Origin: an uncultured delta proteobacterium | GTDB taxonomy: Bacteria > Myxococcota > Myxococcia > Myxococcales > Myxococcaceae | DNA: 64,000 nt | Direction: 5' to 3' | NCBI GenBank assembly: GCA_963713045.1 | Contig: CAVQKE010000004.1 | Coordinates: 384,001-448,000 of the forward strand | Shown: one piece after another, positions 19,569 through 29,283 of the stretch | How positions within the stretch are numbered: the first letter of the stretch is position 1 | Layout: each line of letters starts with the position of its first letter | Program-made: the position numbers and the translations under genes | Notes under the pieces: model-generated | What the model was told of the DNA's origin: nothing | The model's input: the letters and a program-made list of their open reading frames with translations, nothing else | Database searches by the model: none

Positions 19569-19571
19569 CAG

Positions 19572-20525
19572 TCAGCTCCTCAGCGCCCGCAGCGCGTCAC
19601 GCGCGCTGTAACGGGGCTCGAAGCCAAGCACCTCTCGGCACCGGGCGCCGTCGGCGACGCAGGCGTAGTGAAGGTACGCCAACAAGGTCGCCGGTGTCGC
19701 CGTGACGCCGGCGGCGTTGAGGCCTCGAAGAATGGCCCGGGCCAGCGGGGCAGGCAGCGGCAAGGCCCGGCTACCGGCCAGGGCAACCATCGCTGAGAGC
19801 GGGAGGACCTCTCTAGAAACGACGTTGAAAACGCCGGCCGAGGCCTTGTCCAGGACGTGAAGCAGCACCGCACAAGCGTCTTCCTCATGGACGGCCTGCC
19901 ACAGCGGGTCAAACCCGAGGAGAGTGGGGGCCAGAGGTCGCCGGAAGAAGCGCGTCGCCGGGTTGTCGGCGGTGGGCCCGAGGACGGGGGCGAAGCGGAG
20001 CACCGTTACCTCCACCTCCGGGTGCGCGGTGCGGAAGACCGCGACTTGCTTCTCCACTTCCACCCGGTCGGAGACGAAGCGGCTGGCCGCGCCGTGGAGC
20101 GGCGCGTCCTCGGTGAGGAGCGCGGGGTTGTCCGGCCGCGCCCCGTACACCAGCGTGTAGGAGGGCACCACCAGCTTCTTCACGCCCGCCCGCGCGGCAG
20201 CGGCCAGGACGTGCAGCGTCCCGATGACCTCCACCTCGTGGGCAAACGCGGCGCTGCGGGTGCGTCCGTGCAAAAAGGCCAAGTGGTAAAGCACTTCCAC
20301 CTGGGCTTCGCCCAGCAAGTCCACCAGCTCCGACTCGACGTCGTAGCGGGTGAAGTCCACCCGGTGGTGTGCCACCCGTGGCCCGCTGGCTCCCCGGGTA
20401 CCCAGCGTCAGGATGTGGCCCACGCGGGCGTCCTGTCGCAAGCGCGGCAGCAGCAGCGTCCCGAAGTCTCCGGTGGGCCCGGTCATTGCCACCCGCATCA
20501 ATCGCGTGCTTCGGGCTTGCCCCAT
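19572..20525 (-). CDS. NAD-dependent epimerase/dehydratase family protein
   Basis: TGPTGDFG Rossmann variant, LYHLAF, VYGA.PDNP..LTED, VLRFAPVLGP, AVHEED. Start 20525 or 20498. Confidence 0.85.
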   Translation of the reverse strand: MGQARSTRLMRVAMTGPTGDFGTLLLPRLRQDARVGHILTLGTRGASGPRVAHHRVDFTRYDVESELVDLLGEAQVEVLYHLAFLHGRTRSAAFAHEVEVIGTLHVLAAAARAGVKKLVVPSYTLVYGARPDNPALLTEDAPLHGAASRFVSDRVEVEKQVAVFRTAHPEVEVTVLRFAPVLGPTADNPATRFFRRPLAPTLLGFDPLWQAVHEEDACAVLLHVLDKASAGVFNVVSREVLPLSAMVALAGSRALPLPAPLARAILRGLNAAGVTATPATLLAYLHYACVADGARCREVLGFEPRYSARDALRALRS

Positions 20526-20581
20526 CCCTCCGGTGCGGTGTACCGCACCGGGCCTGGAACTGGGAAGCACCCGGCCAGCCG

Positions 20582-22324
20582 ATGCAAACCATTCGTCTGC
20601 TGAGCGATGAGTTGGTCGACCAAATCGCCGCGGGCGAGGTGGTAGAGCGTCCGGCTTCGGTGGTGAAGGAGCTGGGGGAGAACGCCCTCGACGCCGGGGC
20701 GAAAAACATCCTGGTCCGCTTGGAGGGTGGGGGCACCCAGCGCATCGAAGTGGTGGACGATGGGCGGGGAATGTCCTCCGAGGATGCTCCGCTGGCGCTG
20801 AGGCGCCATGCCACCAGCAAGCTGAGCAGCTTGGCGGGGCTGCAACGCATTGTCAGCTTCGGCTTTCGCGGGGAGGCCCTGGCTGCGGTGGCCTCCGTCT
20901 CCCGGCTGCTGCTGCGGACGGCGGAGGCCGGCGCCAGCGCCGGGACGGAAGTCCGCGTGGAGGCCGGCGTGGTGGTTTCCATCGGTGCGGCCCCGGCGAG
21001 GGCCGGCACCCAGGTGGTGGTGGAGGACCTCTTTTTTGGCGTGCCGGCGCGAAGAAAATTCCTGCGCCGCAAGGAGACAGAAGTCCGTCACTGCGAGCAG
21101 TCGGTGCTGCGGCTGGCGCTGGCCCACCCGGCGGTGGCCTTTCGCTTGGAAAATGAGGGACGGGTGTTGCTGAGCCTGCCGCCCAGTGGCGCAGACGTGG
21201 CCGAGCGGATTGCCGCCGCGCTGGGGGCAGAGGTGCACCCCCACCTGCTGCCGCTTGAGGAGCGCCGGCTGGACGTGCGCGTGCACGGCGTCATCGCCTC
21301 CCCGGAGTACAGCCAGTCCACGGCCCGGAGCCTCTACACCTTCGTCAACGGGCGCTTTGTGCGTGACCGCGCGGTGCACGCCGCCATTCACCGCGGGCTA
21401 CAGCCCCTGTTGCCCCCGGGCCGCCAACCGGTGGGTGTCCTCTACCTCGAGCTCGAGCCCGGGGCCGTCGACGTCAACGTCCATCCTCAGAAGCTGGAGG
21501 TGCGCTTCGCGGACGCCGCTGGCGTCACTGAGGCGGTGCGCGCCGCCGTCGGCCGGGCGGTGGAGAGCGCACTCTGGCTGCAGCGCCCCGCCGGCGCTGA
21601 GGTGACGCCGGACTATGCCCAGGCGGTGGAGCGCTTTCTGCGGCTGGCGGAGCACGCCCCTGGGACTGCGGTCCCTTTTCCGGCGGCCTTCCCGAACGCA
21701 GCCGGCGGCGCACCCCGGGCGCCGGCGTTCGGCGAATCACGCCCTGGCCGCAACGAGGCACCGGCCCCCGGCTTCTTTGGAGGGTTGCGGGTCCTCGGCT
21801 CGCTCGACGGGCAGGCCTTGGTGTGCCAGGGCCCAGGCGGCTCGCTGGTGGTCCTCGACCTGCACGCGGCCTATGAAAGGACGTGCCTCGAGCGCTTGGT
21901 GCGCCAGCAGGCCCCGGATGAGGCGCAGGCGGAATTCCTCGGGCCGCCGGTGCAGGTCAGTGCGCCCGCCGGAAGCCGCCTGGAGGAGCTCGCCCCAGTC
22001 CTGTCTGCCCTCGGGCTGGTCGCCGAGCCCTTCGGGACGGGCGCCCTGCGTTGGCGCCGGGTCCCGACGGCCTTGGCCGGCCTCAGCGGCGAAGCGCTGG
22101 TGCGGGCGGTGCTGGAGGCCGAGGACGCCCGCCCCGAGACGTTGCGCGCCGCCCTGGCCTGCGCCAGCGCGAGCCTCAGCGTGGCGGAATTCTCCGAGCG
22201 CGGGGTGCTGCGGCTGCTCGGCGAGCTGGAGAAGAGTGACTTCGCGCGCCCCTGCCGGCATCGGGCGCTGGTGACGCTGGAGGTGCCCCTTCTGGACGTC
22301 GCGCCCAACCGAGGCCTCCCCTGA
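20582..22324 (+). CDS. mutL: DNA mismatch repair protein MutL (divergent C-terminal domain)
   Basis: IAAGEVVERPASVVKEL.ENALDAG, DDGRG, RHATSK, GFRGEALA, PARRKFL, VDVNVHP.K.EVRF. Confidence 0.93.
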   Translation: MQTIRLLSDELVDQIAAGEVVERPASVVKELGENALDAGAKNILVRLEGGGTQRIEVVDDGRGMSSEDAPLALRRHATSKLSSLAGLQRIVSFGFRGEALAAVASVSRLLLRTAEAGASAGTEVRVEAGVVVSIGAAPARAGTQVVVEDLFFGVPARRKFLRRKETEVRHCEQSVLRLALAHPAVAFRLENEGRVLLSLPPSGADVAERIAAALGAEVHPHLLPLEERRLDVRVHGVIASPEYSQSTARSLYTFVNGRFVRDRAVHAAIHRGLQPLLPPGRQPVGVLYLELEPGAVDVNVHPQKLEVRFADAAGVTEAVRAAVGRAVESALWLQRPAGAEVTPDYAQAVERFLRLAEHAPGTAVPFPAAFPNAAGGAPRAPAFGESRPGRNEAPAPGFFGGLRVLGSLDGQALVCQGPGGSLVVLDLHAAYERTCLERLVRQQAPDEAQAEFLGPPVQVSAPAGSRLEELAPVLSALGLVAEPFGTGALRWRRVPTALAGLSGEALVRAVLEAEDARPETLRAALACASASLSVAEFSERGVLRLLGELEKSDFARPCRHRALVTLEVPLLDVAPNRGLP

Positions 22325-22374
22325 CGGGCAATGCTTGGCAACGCTAGGCGACGGATGGTCTTCTGCCGGCCCCA

Positions 22375-23325
22375 ATGGCGGACCTGGACAAAGAGCTCTC
22401 CGACATTCGCCGCGAGGTGATGGAGAGCCGCAACCTCGTCATCCGGGCCGACAACCAGCTGAAGACGCTGCACGCCGAATTGAAGACGGTGGCGCGCCGG
22501 CTGGACGAAGCCATGGCCCAGCAGCGTCTGTCCAGCGTCGGTGCCTACGTCCTCTTTGCCCTGTTGGCGGTGGGGGCAGGCGTCTTGGTTTCGGTGGTGC
22601 GGGGCTCGGTTGCGGCCCACGAGCACGAGCGCCTCAGCCAGCAGCTGGATGAGACCAGCCTGGCCCTGCAGAAAAGTCAGGTCCAGGTCACCAGCGCCGC
22701 GGCAGCCAGCCGAAGCGCCAGCGACGTCTACCGGCTGTTGGCCGAGGGCTCGCCGGACGAGCGCCTGGCAGCAGTGTCGGCTCTCAGCAAACTGGACCAG
22801 GCCCACCTGACGCCGCTGGAACGACGAGCGCTTCAGGAGAGGTTGGAGCTAACCCGCCGAGAGCTGGGTGCGAGCGCCTTGGAGAGAGGGCGGCAGGCGA
22901 GCCGCCGCGGAGAGGCGGCCGCCGTGTCCGAGGAGCTGAGCCGGTTTCTCGCCATGGACCCACCCGAGCCCGAGGCGCTGGAGGCCTCCTTCCTGCTGGG
23001 CACCTCCTATGCTCGCAATGGGCGCCCCCAAGATGCCATCCCGCTGCTGAGCCGGGTGGTGGACAAGGAAAAAAATCCCAAGCGCCGCGAGGAGGCGATG
23101 GCCCTGCTGGCGCTTGCCTATGAACAAACGGGGCAACCGGAGCGCGCCGCCCAGGTGGCCCGGTCTGCGCTGGAGGCCTCTCCGGACAGCCCCTGGGCAC
23201 CGGCCTTCCGTTCGCGGCTCGCCGCCTCCCGGCGGGCCCTGGCGGCGGATGCCGGGGTCGCAGCGCCGCCAGCCGGGATTCTGCATCCGGCGGGCGATGC
23301 TGGCCGGGCGCCGGCTGGACACTGA
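22375..23325 (+). CDS. Coiled-coil / single TM / TPR protein
   Basis: N-terminal heptad region, TM AYVLFALLAVGAGVLVSVV, C-terminal TPR-like helices. Confidence 0.75.
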   Translation: MADLDKELSDIRREVMESRNLVIRADNQLKTLHAELKTVARRLDEAMAQQRLSSVGAYVLFALLAVGAGVLVSVVRGSVAAHEHERLSQQLDETSLALQKSQVQVTSAAAASRSASDVYRLLAEGSPDERLAAVSALSKLDQAHLTPLERRALQERLELTRRELGASALERGRQASRRGEAAAVSEELSRFLAMDPPEPEALEASFLLGTSYARNGRPQDAIPLLSRVVDKEKNPKRREEAMALLALAYEQTGQPERAAQVARSALEASPDSPWAPAFRSRLAASRRALAADAGVAAPPAGILHPAGDAGRAPAGH

Positions 23326-23385
23326 CCACTCCGCCCCGGGAGCGCTTGCCAGCTTGGCGCGGCGAGGCTTATGCGGAGGTTCCCC

Positions 23386-23874
23386 GTGGCTGCCGACGCC
23401 CCCAAGGTGCGCAATGCCCGCTACCGCCCCTTCCGGGCGGTGGCGCTGGGCGCCTACCTGGTGGTGGTGGTCACCTTTTCCTCGCTGGTCATCTTCAGCG
23501 TGGTGCGTTCCGTCATGGACATGACGCCCCATCAGCCGCTTCGCGACGCGGCGCCCCTCTCCCCGAAGCAGTGTGCCGTGCGCGCGCAACAGCTGTACGG
23601 GGAACTCGAAGCGCAACGTCAAAACCTGTCTGCGGTGCAGCCAGCGGCCGAGGCGTCGTTGCGCTGGACGACCTTCCGGGTGGCTTGGCTGAATGGCCTG
23701 CGGCAAGCCCAAGCCAGCTGCGCAGAGGACACGCTGAGCCGAGACGTCTTTCGCCGCCTGGAGACGCTGGAGAACTTGTACACCACCTCCGCCGTCCAAT
23801 ATTCCGGAGAAATGGGGCCGGCCGTGGACGCCTTTCTGCGCGCCCTGGGGAAGTTGCGAGCCGCGGGGGGCTGA
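23386..23874 (+). CDS. Hypothetical membrane-anchored protein
   Basis: GGAGG then GTG 23386 (track start 23371); TM segment followed by a helical domain with two Cys. Confidence 0.7.
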   Translation: MAADAPKVRNARYRPFRAVALGAYLVVVVTFSSLVIFSVVRSVMDMTPHQPLRDAAPLSPKQCAVRAQQLYGELEAQRQNLSAVQPAAEASLRWTTFRVAWLNGLRQAQASCAEDTLSRDVFRRLETLENLYTTSAVQYSGEMGPAVDAFLRALGKLRAAGG

Positions 23875-23886
23875 TGGGCCGGCCCT

Positions 23887-24435
23887 CTAGGGGCAGCCGC
23901 CGTCCGTCACCGTTGCCAGCCACACGTAGCTGACGGCGTAGGTGGTTTGCAGGGCGGTCCCGCCGTCCGGCAGGGGAACGGCCACCGGTACCGGGGCACC
24001 ATTCACCAGCGGCCCGTCCGCCACCAGCACCTCCACAAAGTGCGTCCCCGGTGCCTGCACCGGGCCCGGCGCGGCAAAGTCGACGGTGTAGGTGGCAGCC
24101 TCGGTGCGGAAGGCGCTCCCGTTGGGGGGAATGGTGCCCTGGGCCACCAGCCCAGTGTCGGCCGTCGAGTCCACGTAGAAGTTGAAATAGAGGAGGGCCG
24201 AGAGGTCCGCCTCCTCCACCGGCGCGCTGAAGGTCAGTGGGGGGCAGTCCGCGCCCCCGTCCACGGTGAAGAAGCGCGGTGAGGGCTGCACTTTCGCCTC
24301 GAGAATGGAGGGCGGCTGGTTCGGCGCGGTGGGAAGGTCGGCGAGGATGTTGTCGTCCTGGGGCAGAAGGCAGCCGGTGAGGCCAACCCCGCCGACGACT
24401 GCGGCCAGCAGCGGCGTGGCCCAAGGACACCTCAC
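23887..24435 (-). CDS. Hypothetical lipoprotein
   Basis: LLAAVVGGVGLTG-C lipobox; start overlaps the stop of the sigma54 activator gene. Confidence 0.75.
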   Translation of the reverse strand: MRCPWATPLLAAVVGGVGLTGCLLPQDDNILADLPTAPNQPPSILEAKVQPSPRFFTVDGGADCPPLTFSAPVEEADLSALLYFNFYVDSTADTGLVAQGTIPPNGSAFRTEAATYTVDFAAPGPVQAPGTHFVEVLVADGPLVNGAPVPVAVPLPDGGTALQTTYAVSYVWLATVTDGGCP

Positions 24436-26243
24436 GGAAGGTCCTCCTCCGGCGCGTCCGGTGGCGGGCGGCCGCCCCGCTCGGCTTCCAGCTTCTCGAG
24501 GAAGCGAAAGACGGTGCGCGGGTCCACGCCCAGCTCGCGTGCCGCCCGGGTGCGGTTGCCGCCGTTGCGTTCCAGAATTTGGACAATGTAGCGCCGCTGA
24601 AACTCCTCGCGCGCGTCGGCCAAGGGCAGCACCGGGCTTGCGTCCTCGGCCTCCAGCTCCAAGTCTTCAGGCCGTAGCAAGGTTCGCTCGGCCAGCACCA
24701 CCGCGCGCTGGATGCGGTTTTTCAGCTCGCGGATGTTTCCTGGCCAGGGGTACTTTCGCAGCGCGGAAAGCGCCGGCGAACTGAAGCCGCGGGCCCGACT
24801 CTTGAATTCGCTTGCAAACAGCCCGAGGAAGTACCGCGCCAGCACCAGCACGTCGTCTCCGCGCTCCCGCAGCGGAGGCAGACGCACCGAGAAGGTGTTG
24901 ATGCGGTAGTAGAGGTCCTCGCGGAAGGTGCCGCGACGGACCTCCTCCAGAAGGACGCGGTGGGTGGCCGCCACCACCCGCAAGTCCACCGACTCCGGCC
25001 GCACGTCGCCGAGTCGCGTCACTTGCTTGTCCTCCAGCGCTCGAAGCAGCTTCACCTGAAGCGCCGGGCTCATCTCCCCAAGTTCGTCGAGGAACAGCGT
25101 TCCGCCGCGCGCCGCTTGGAAGCGGCCGGGCCGATTGGACACCGCGCCGGTGAAGGCCCCTCGCACGTGTCCGAAGAGTTCGGCTTCGAGGAGTGTCTCC
25201 GGAATGGCGCCGCAGTTGAGGGTGACGAAGGGGCCGTCGGCTCGCGGGCTTCGCCGGTGGATTTCCCGGGCGATGAGCTCCTTTCCGGTGCCGGTCTCCC
25301 CCTCCAACAGGACGGTGATGTCGGTGGGTGCCACCTTGTCCACGCGCCGGTACACGTCGCGCATCCCCTCGCACGCGCCCACCAACTCGCCGTAGCGCTG
25401 CTGCTGCAGCTGTCCCCGGAGTTCCCGCACGTCCAAGCGCAACTCGTCGAGAAGTAGGGCGTTTTGCAGCAAGAGTGCAGCCTGCGCCGCGAAGATGGTG
25501 AGCAAGTCCAACGCCTGAGCGTCGAAGCCACCCCGAAACCGGTCGGTGCCGAGGTACAGCACCCCAAACGGGGGCGGCTGGTCGCCCAAGGGCACGCAGA
25601 GAATGGACGACAGTTGCAGGTTCACCACCGAGGCGCTTGCCGAGAACTCCGGGTCGGCCAAGGCGTTTTGGACCAACAGCGGCTGGCCACTGCGGAGGAC
25701 TTTGCCGAGGACGGTGTCCGACAGGCCGTGGCGGGCCTCGGCCAGCTTCTCGCGGGAGACGTTGCGGGCGGCGCGCACCACCAACTCCCCCTCTTGCAGG
25801 ACGAGCACCAGCCCTCGGTCCGCGCCGGTGAGGGCCACCGCTTCGTCGAGGAGCAATTCCAGAAGGGCGTCGGCGTCCCGAGAACCGAGGAGGGTGGCGC
25901 TGAAGCGGATGAGGCGGCGCAGAATGGCCCCGGCGTCGGCCGGCGGGGAGGGGTGGGACGCGTCCGCCGCAGCGTAGGTCAGCTCACTGCCTCCCACCCT
26001 CAGGGTGAGGCCGTCGGTGAGGACGCACGCGTCCCGGCGTTGGCCATTCACCACGAAGGGCGCCTCCACCGCCCCCGCCCTCCAGGAATTCCCCTCGTTC
26101 AGCACGGTGAAGGCGTGCTGCGGCACCCGGGGGTCTTCCAGGCAGACGTCATTGTCCGGGTGGCGCCCGACGCTGGTGATGCGCTTCACCAGCGGCAGCG
26201 AGCGTCGGACGCCGTCCGGAGTGTGTACGAGGAGGGTGGGCAC
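24432..26243 (-). CDS. Sigma54-dependent enhancer-binding protein (FHA-like + GAF + AAA+ + Fis HTH)
   Basis: GETGTGKE, ELFGHVRGAFTGA, GTLFLDE, FREDLYYR, WPGNIREL, GNRTRAARELGV. GTG 26243 start inferred. Confidence 0.95.
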   Translation of the reverse strand: MPTLLVHTPDGVRRSLPLVKRITSVGRHPDNDVCLEDPRVPQHAFTVLNEGNSWRAGAVEAPFVVNGQRRDACVLTDGLTLRVGGSELTYAAADASHPSPPADAGAILRRLIRFSATLLGSRDADALLELLLDEAVALTGADRGLVLVLQEGELVVRAARNVSREKLAEARHGLSDTVLGKVLRSGQPLLVQNALADPEFSASASVVNLQLSSILCVPLGDQPPPFGVLYLGTDRFRGGFDAQALDLLTIFAAQAALLLQNALLLDELRLDVRELRGQLQQQRYGELVGACEGMRDVYRRVDKVAPTDITVLLEGETGTGKELIAREIHRRSPRADGPFVTLNCGAIPETLLEAELFGHVRGAFTGAVSNRPGRFQAARGGTLFLDELGEMSPALQVKLLRALEDKQVTRLGDVRPESVDLRVVAATHRVLLEEVRRGTFREDLYYRINTFSVRLPPLRERGDDVLVLARYFLGLFASEFKSRARGFSSPALSALRKYPWPGNIRELKNRIQRAVVLAERTLLRPEDLELEAEDASPVLPLADAREEFQRRYIVQILERNGGNRTRAARELGVDPRTVFRFLEKLEAERGGRPPPDAPEEDLP

Positions 26244-26262
26244 GTCGCCGGCTGCTTTCTCG

Positions 26263-27237
26263 CTAGAAGCGCATGCCGAGCCCGAGCCCGACACTGCCCC
26301 GGGGCGCGGGCATCAACTCGACCCGCGGGGCACTCGGGTCGGCCGCTGGGCCCGGGGCCGGGCCAAGCTTTTCGATGTGTGTCGTCACCACCTCGGCTTG
26401 ATAGTGCAACAGCGCGTCGAGGACGCCTGCCACGTAGACGGCATAGAAGCCAATGCCGCTGCTGACTTTCACCACATTCCAAGTCTGCGCCTCGCCGGCC
26501 CGCGCGGCGGGAATGCCCGTCTGGACGATGGTTTGGGTTGTCCCAGGGAAGGTCTCCACCTGAATGGTGCGCGTGGTGATGAGAGAGCCGTAGACGAAGT
26601 AGCCGACGATGCTGACCACCGCCAGGACGCCTTCGGCCACGGCGAAGCCAGTCCCGGCGCCGACACGGCCCTCTTGAAACTGACCGGCACCAAAGGGCAC
26701 GAAATTCACCAGGACGCTGTGCTTCTCCACCGTGCGGACGGTGATTTGGCGGGACATTTCCTCGATGGCCCGGCGCTGAGCCTCGGTCTGCTGCGCCAGG
26801 GCGGCGCGCTCCTCCGCGGCGGCCTTGGCGGCGGCCTCACGCTGCCGGCGTTGCTCGCGGAGAAACTCCAACTCCGCCGCCATCGCGCGCCGCTGGCTTT
26901 CGACGAAGGCCACCGTGGGGGGCGGGTAGACGAATGGGTCGAGGCTGAAGTCCGGGTCCAATCGCAACAGCGCCGCGACGTGCCGTTCCGCCTCGTCGAG
27001 GCGATGCAGGTTGAAGGCCGACAGTCCAGCCAGCTTGTGCAGCTCCACCAGGGCATCGGCGTTCAGTCCCACGCCGTCGATGCGCGCGTTGGCCCGGGCC
27101 AGCACCTCGGCATAGCGGCCGTAGTCATAGGCAGCGGCCAAGGCGGCGAGGTCCGCCCGGAGGGCTTCGTCCCCCGGCGGAGCTGCCGGCGGGGCGCCGG
27201 CCCACAACAGCACCAGCGGGACGAGGAGGGTGCTCAC
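26263..27237 (-). CDS. Exported TPR-like protein with C-terminal membrane segments
   Basis: Signal peptide, TPR-like LLRLDPDFSLDPF, coiled coil, VPFGAGQF and hydrophobic tail ending in F; overlaps the kinase stop. Confidence 0.75.
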   Translation of the reverse strand: MSTLLVPLVLLWAGAPPAAPPGDEALRADLAALAAAYDYGRYAEVLARANARIDGVGLNADALVELHKLAGLSAFNLHRLDEAERHVAALLRLDPDFSLDPFVYPPPTVAFVESQRRAMAAELEFLREQRRQREAAAKAAAEERAALAQQTEAQRRAIEEMSRQITVRTVEKHSVLVNFVPFGAGQFQEGRVGAGTGFAVAEGVLAVVSIVGYFVYGSLITTRTIQVETFPGTTQTIVQTGIPAARAGEAQTWNVVKVSSGIGFYAVYVAGVLDALLHYQAEVVTTHIEKLGPAPGPAADPSAPRVELMPAPRGSVGLGLGMRF

Positions 27238-29012
27238 CGGGGCTCCAACTTGCCAGACAGCGTCTCGCTCTGCCCAGGGAGGACTTCCACCGTCCCGGTG
27301 CTGTCCTGGTAGCCGGGGTGCGAGACGACGTAGGCCACTTCATGAATGAAGCGGCTGGCGGCCCGGGGGGACAACAGGGCAAAAGGGCGAGACAGGCTTT
27401 CTGCTGACGTGCGTCTCTGTCCGGCAACCGTCACCGTGGCGTCCTTGGGCTCGAAGTCGAAGCTGAGGTAGGCCGTCTTCAAGCGCGCCGGAAGCGCAAA
27501 CGTCTGCGGGCCGCCGGGAAGGACGTCGATGACGTGCTCCGAATCCTCACACCACTGGCAGCTGACACGCACCGTGTGCCGCCCCGGCGCCAGCTGCACC
27601 GAGTGGGCGGTCAGCGGGTCGCGACTCCGGGGCCCCCCGTCCACCTGCACCGAGCCATAGGGGCGCACCAGCAATTCCACCGGGACACTCTCTAACCGGG
27701 ACCCGCGCTTTTCCGCCGCCGCCACGGCCGGGCGGGCCGCGGCCGAAGGCGTCGGCGGCGCCGGGGAGGGTGGGGCGACTTGGCTGGTGGCCGCGACAGG
27801 ACTGGCTGGCGCCGACACGGCCAAGGGTAAGCGTGCTTGGGGCCGGGCAACAGCGGACGTTTGCCGCCAGCGCACCACGCCGGCGCCGAGGAGGGCCAAC
27901 AGCAGGGGCAGGGCGAGCGCGCCGCGGAGAAGCCACTGCCGGCGCCGCTGACGGCGCTGTTGCCCTTGCGCGCGCCGCAGCACGGAACCGGCCACCGCGT
28001 CCTCGGGCCGTAGCCCAAGCAGCTGGTCCACGGCGGCCAGCGCGACGGCCGTCCGGCCCGCGGCCAGCGCGGCCTCGGCCCGCTCGGCCAGGCCGTCCGC
28101 CAGACGACTCACCAACCGCTGGCGCTGGACGTCCGGGTCGAGGTGGAAGGCCGCCACCTGCGCCGCACAGTCCGACAGCCCCACCTCGCCAAGTGCGGTG
28201 CTGAGGGCCGCTTCCAACTCGGCCGCCGTCGGGTAGCGGTCTTCCGGCCGGTGCTGCAGACAGCGGGCGAGAATGGCGGCCAGGGCGTCCGAGAGCGCGG
28301 GCGTCCGCCGGCGGGGGTCTTCGTACACGCCGTCCAGAATGCGCTTCAGCATGGCCGAGGTGCTGGGGGCGGTGAAGGGAAGGGCGCCGGTCCACAGCCA
28401 GTACAACAGCGTCCCCACCGCGAAGACGTCGGCTTCGGGACCCGCGGCCAATCCGTCGATGACTTCCGGCGCCATGTAGGCAGGCGAGCCCACCAGCGCC
28501 CCGGTCTGCGTCATCCGCTCGTCCGGGTCCAGCACCCGGGCAATGCCGAAGTCCATCAGTTTCAGGACGCCGTCGTCGCGAAGCATGATGTTTTCTGGTT
28601 TGAGGTCGCGGTGCACCACTCCGGCTTGGTGCGCGTGCGCCAGGGCTGCAGCCACTTGGTTGGCGATGGCGGCCCCCACCTCCGGTGGCCAGCAGCGCAC
28701 GCGCTCGGCGAAGGCGCGCAGGGTTTCCCCCCGCACCAGCTCCGTCACCAGAAAGGCGTCCTCAGCCCCTGGGTCGGCGACGTCGAAGACTTCGACGATG
28801 TTGGGGTGCTGCAACCGGGCCACCGCTCGGGCCTCGCGCTCCAGCCGCCTCCGCGCGTCGCCGTGCTGCTGCAAAAGGTGCGGATGCAGCACCTTGACGG
28901 CCACTTCCCGGTGCAGGGCGGTGTCCAGTCCGCGGTAGACGACACTCATCCCGCCCGTTCCAAGGCGCTCGAGCAGCCGGTAGCGACTCAGCTGGCGACC
29001 GACGAGATTCAT
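27234..29012 (-). CDS. Hanks-type Ser/Thr protein kinase with TM and extracytoplasmic PEGA-like region
   Basis: GTGGMSVV, VAVK, HRDLKPENI, DFG, GSPAYMAPE, DVFAVG; TM ALALPLLLALLGAGVV. Confidence 0.96.
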   Translation of the reverse strand: MNLVGRQLSRYRLLERLGTGGMSVVYRGLDTALHREVAVKVLHPHLLQQHGDARRRLEREARAVARLQHPNIVEVFDVADPGAEDAFLVTELVRGETLRAFAERVRCWPPEVGAAIANQVAAALAHAHQAGVVHRDLKPENIMLRDDGVLKLMDFGIARVLDPDERMTQTGALVGSPAYMAPEVIDGLAAGPEADVFAVGTLLYWLWTGALPFTAPSTSAMLKRILDGVYEDPRRRTPALSDALAAILARCLQHRPEDRYPTAAELEAALSTALGEVGLSDCAAQVAAFHLDPDVQRQRLVSRLADGLAERAEAALAAGRTAVALAAVDQLLGLRPEDAVAGSVLRRAQGQQRRQRRRQWLLRGALALPLLLALLGAGVVRWRQTSAVARPQARLPLAVSAPASPVAATSQVAPPSPAPPTPSAAARPAVAAAEKRGSRLESVPVELLVRPYGSVQVDGGPRSRDPLTAHSVQLAPGRHTVRVSCQWCEDSEHVIDVLPGGPQTFALPARLKTAYLSFDFEPKDATVTVAGQRRTSAESLSRPFALLSPRAASRFIHEVAYVVSHPGYQDSTGTVEVLPGQSETLSGKLEPR

Positions 29013-29283
29013 GCCACCCTGAAACTCCGGCAACGCATGTCTGAGGACTTCGAAAGGTGCCTGTAGACGAACCGTCTGTCGCCGCGGCAAAGCCCCCACA
29101 ACCAGGCCCCAAGCCAGCGGTCGCAACTCTAGGCGCGGCCCGCCTACAGCGCCACTGCAACCCTGACATGGCCGTCATCGCTTCCGGCTGTCGACGATGC
29201 GTGGTCGGGGTGGCCGCCGGCGTTCCCGGTGGACGTTCGCCGGCAGCATTCGCTGACGAACGTCGCCGGGGGTGTCGCAGTCT

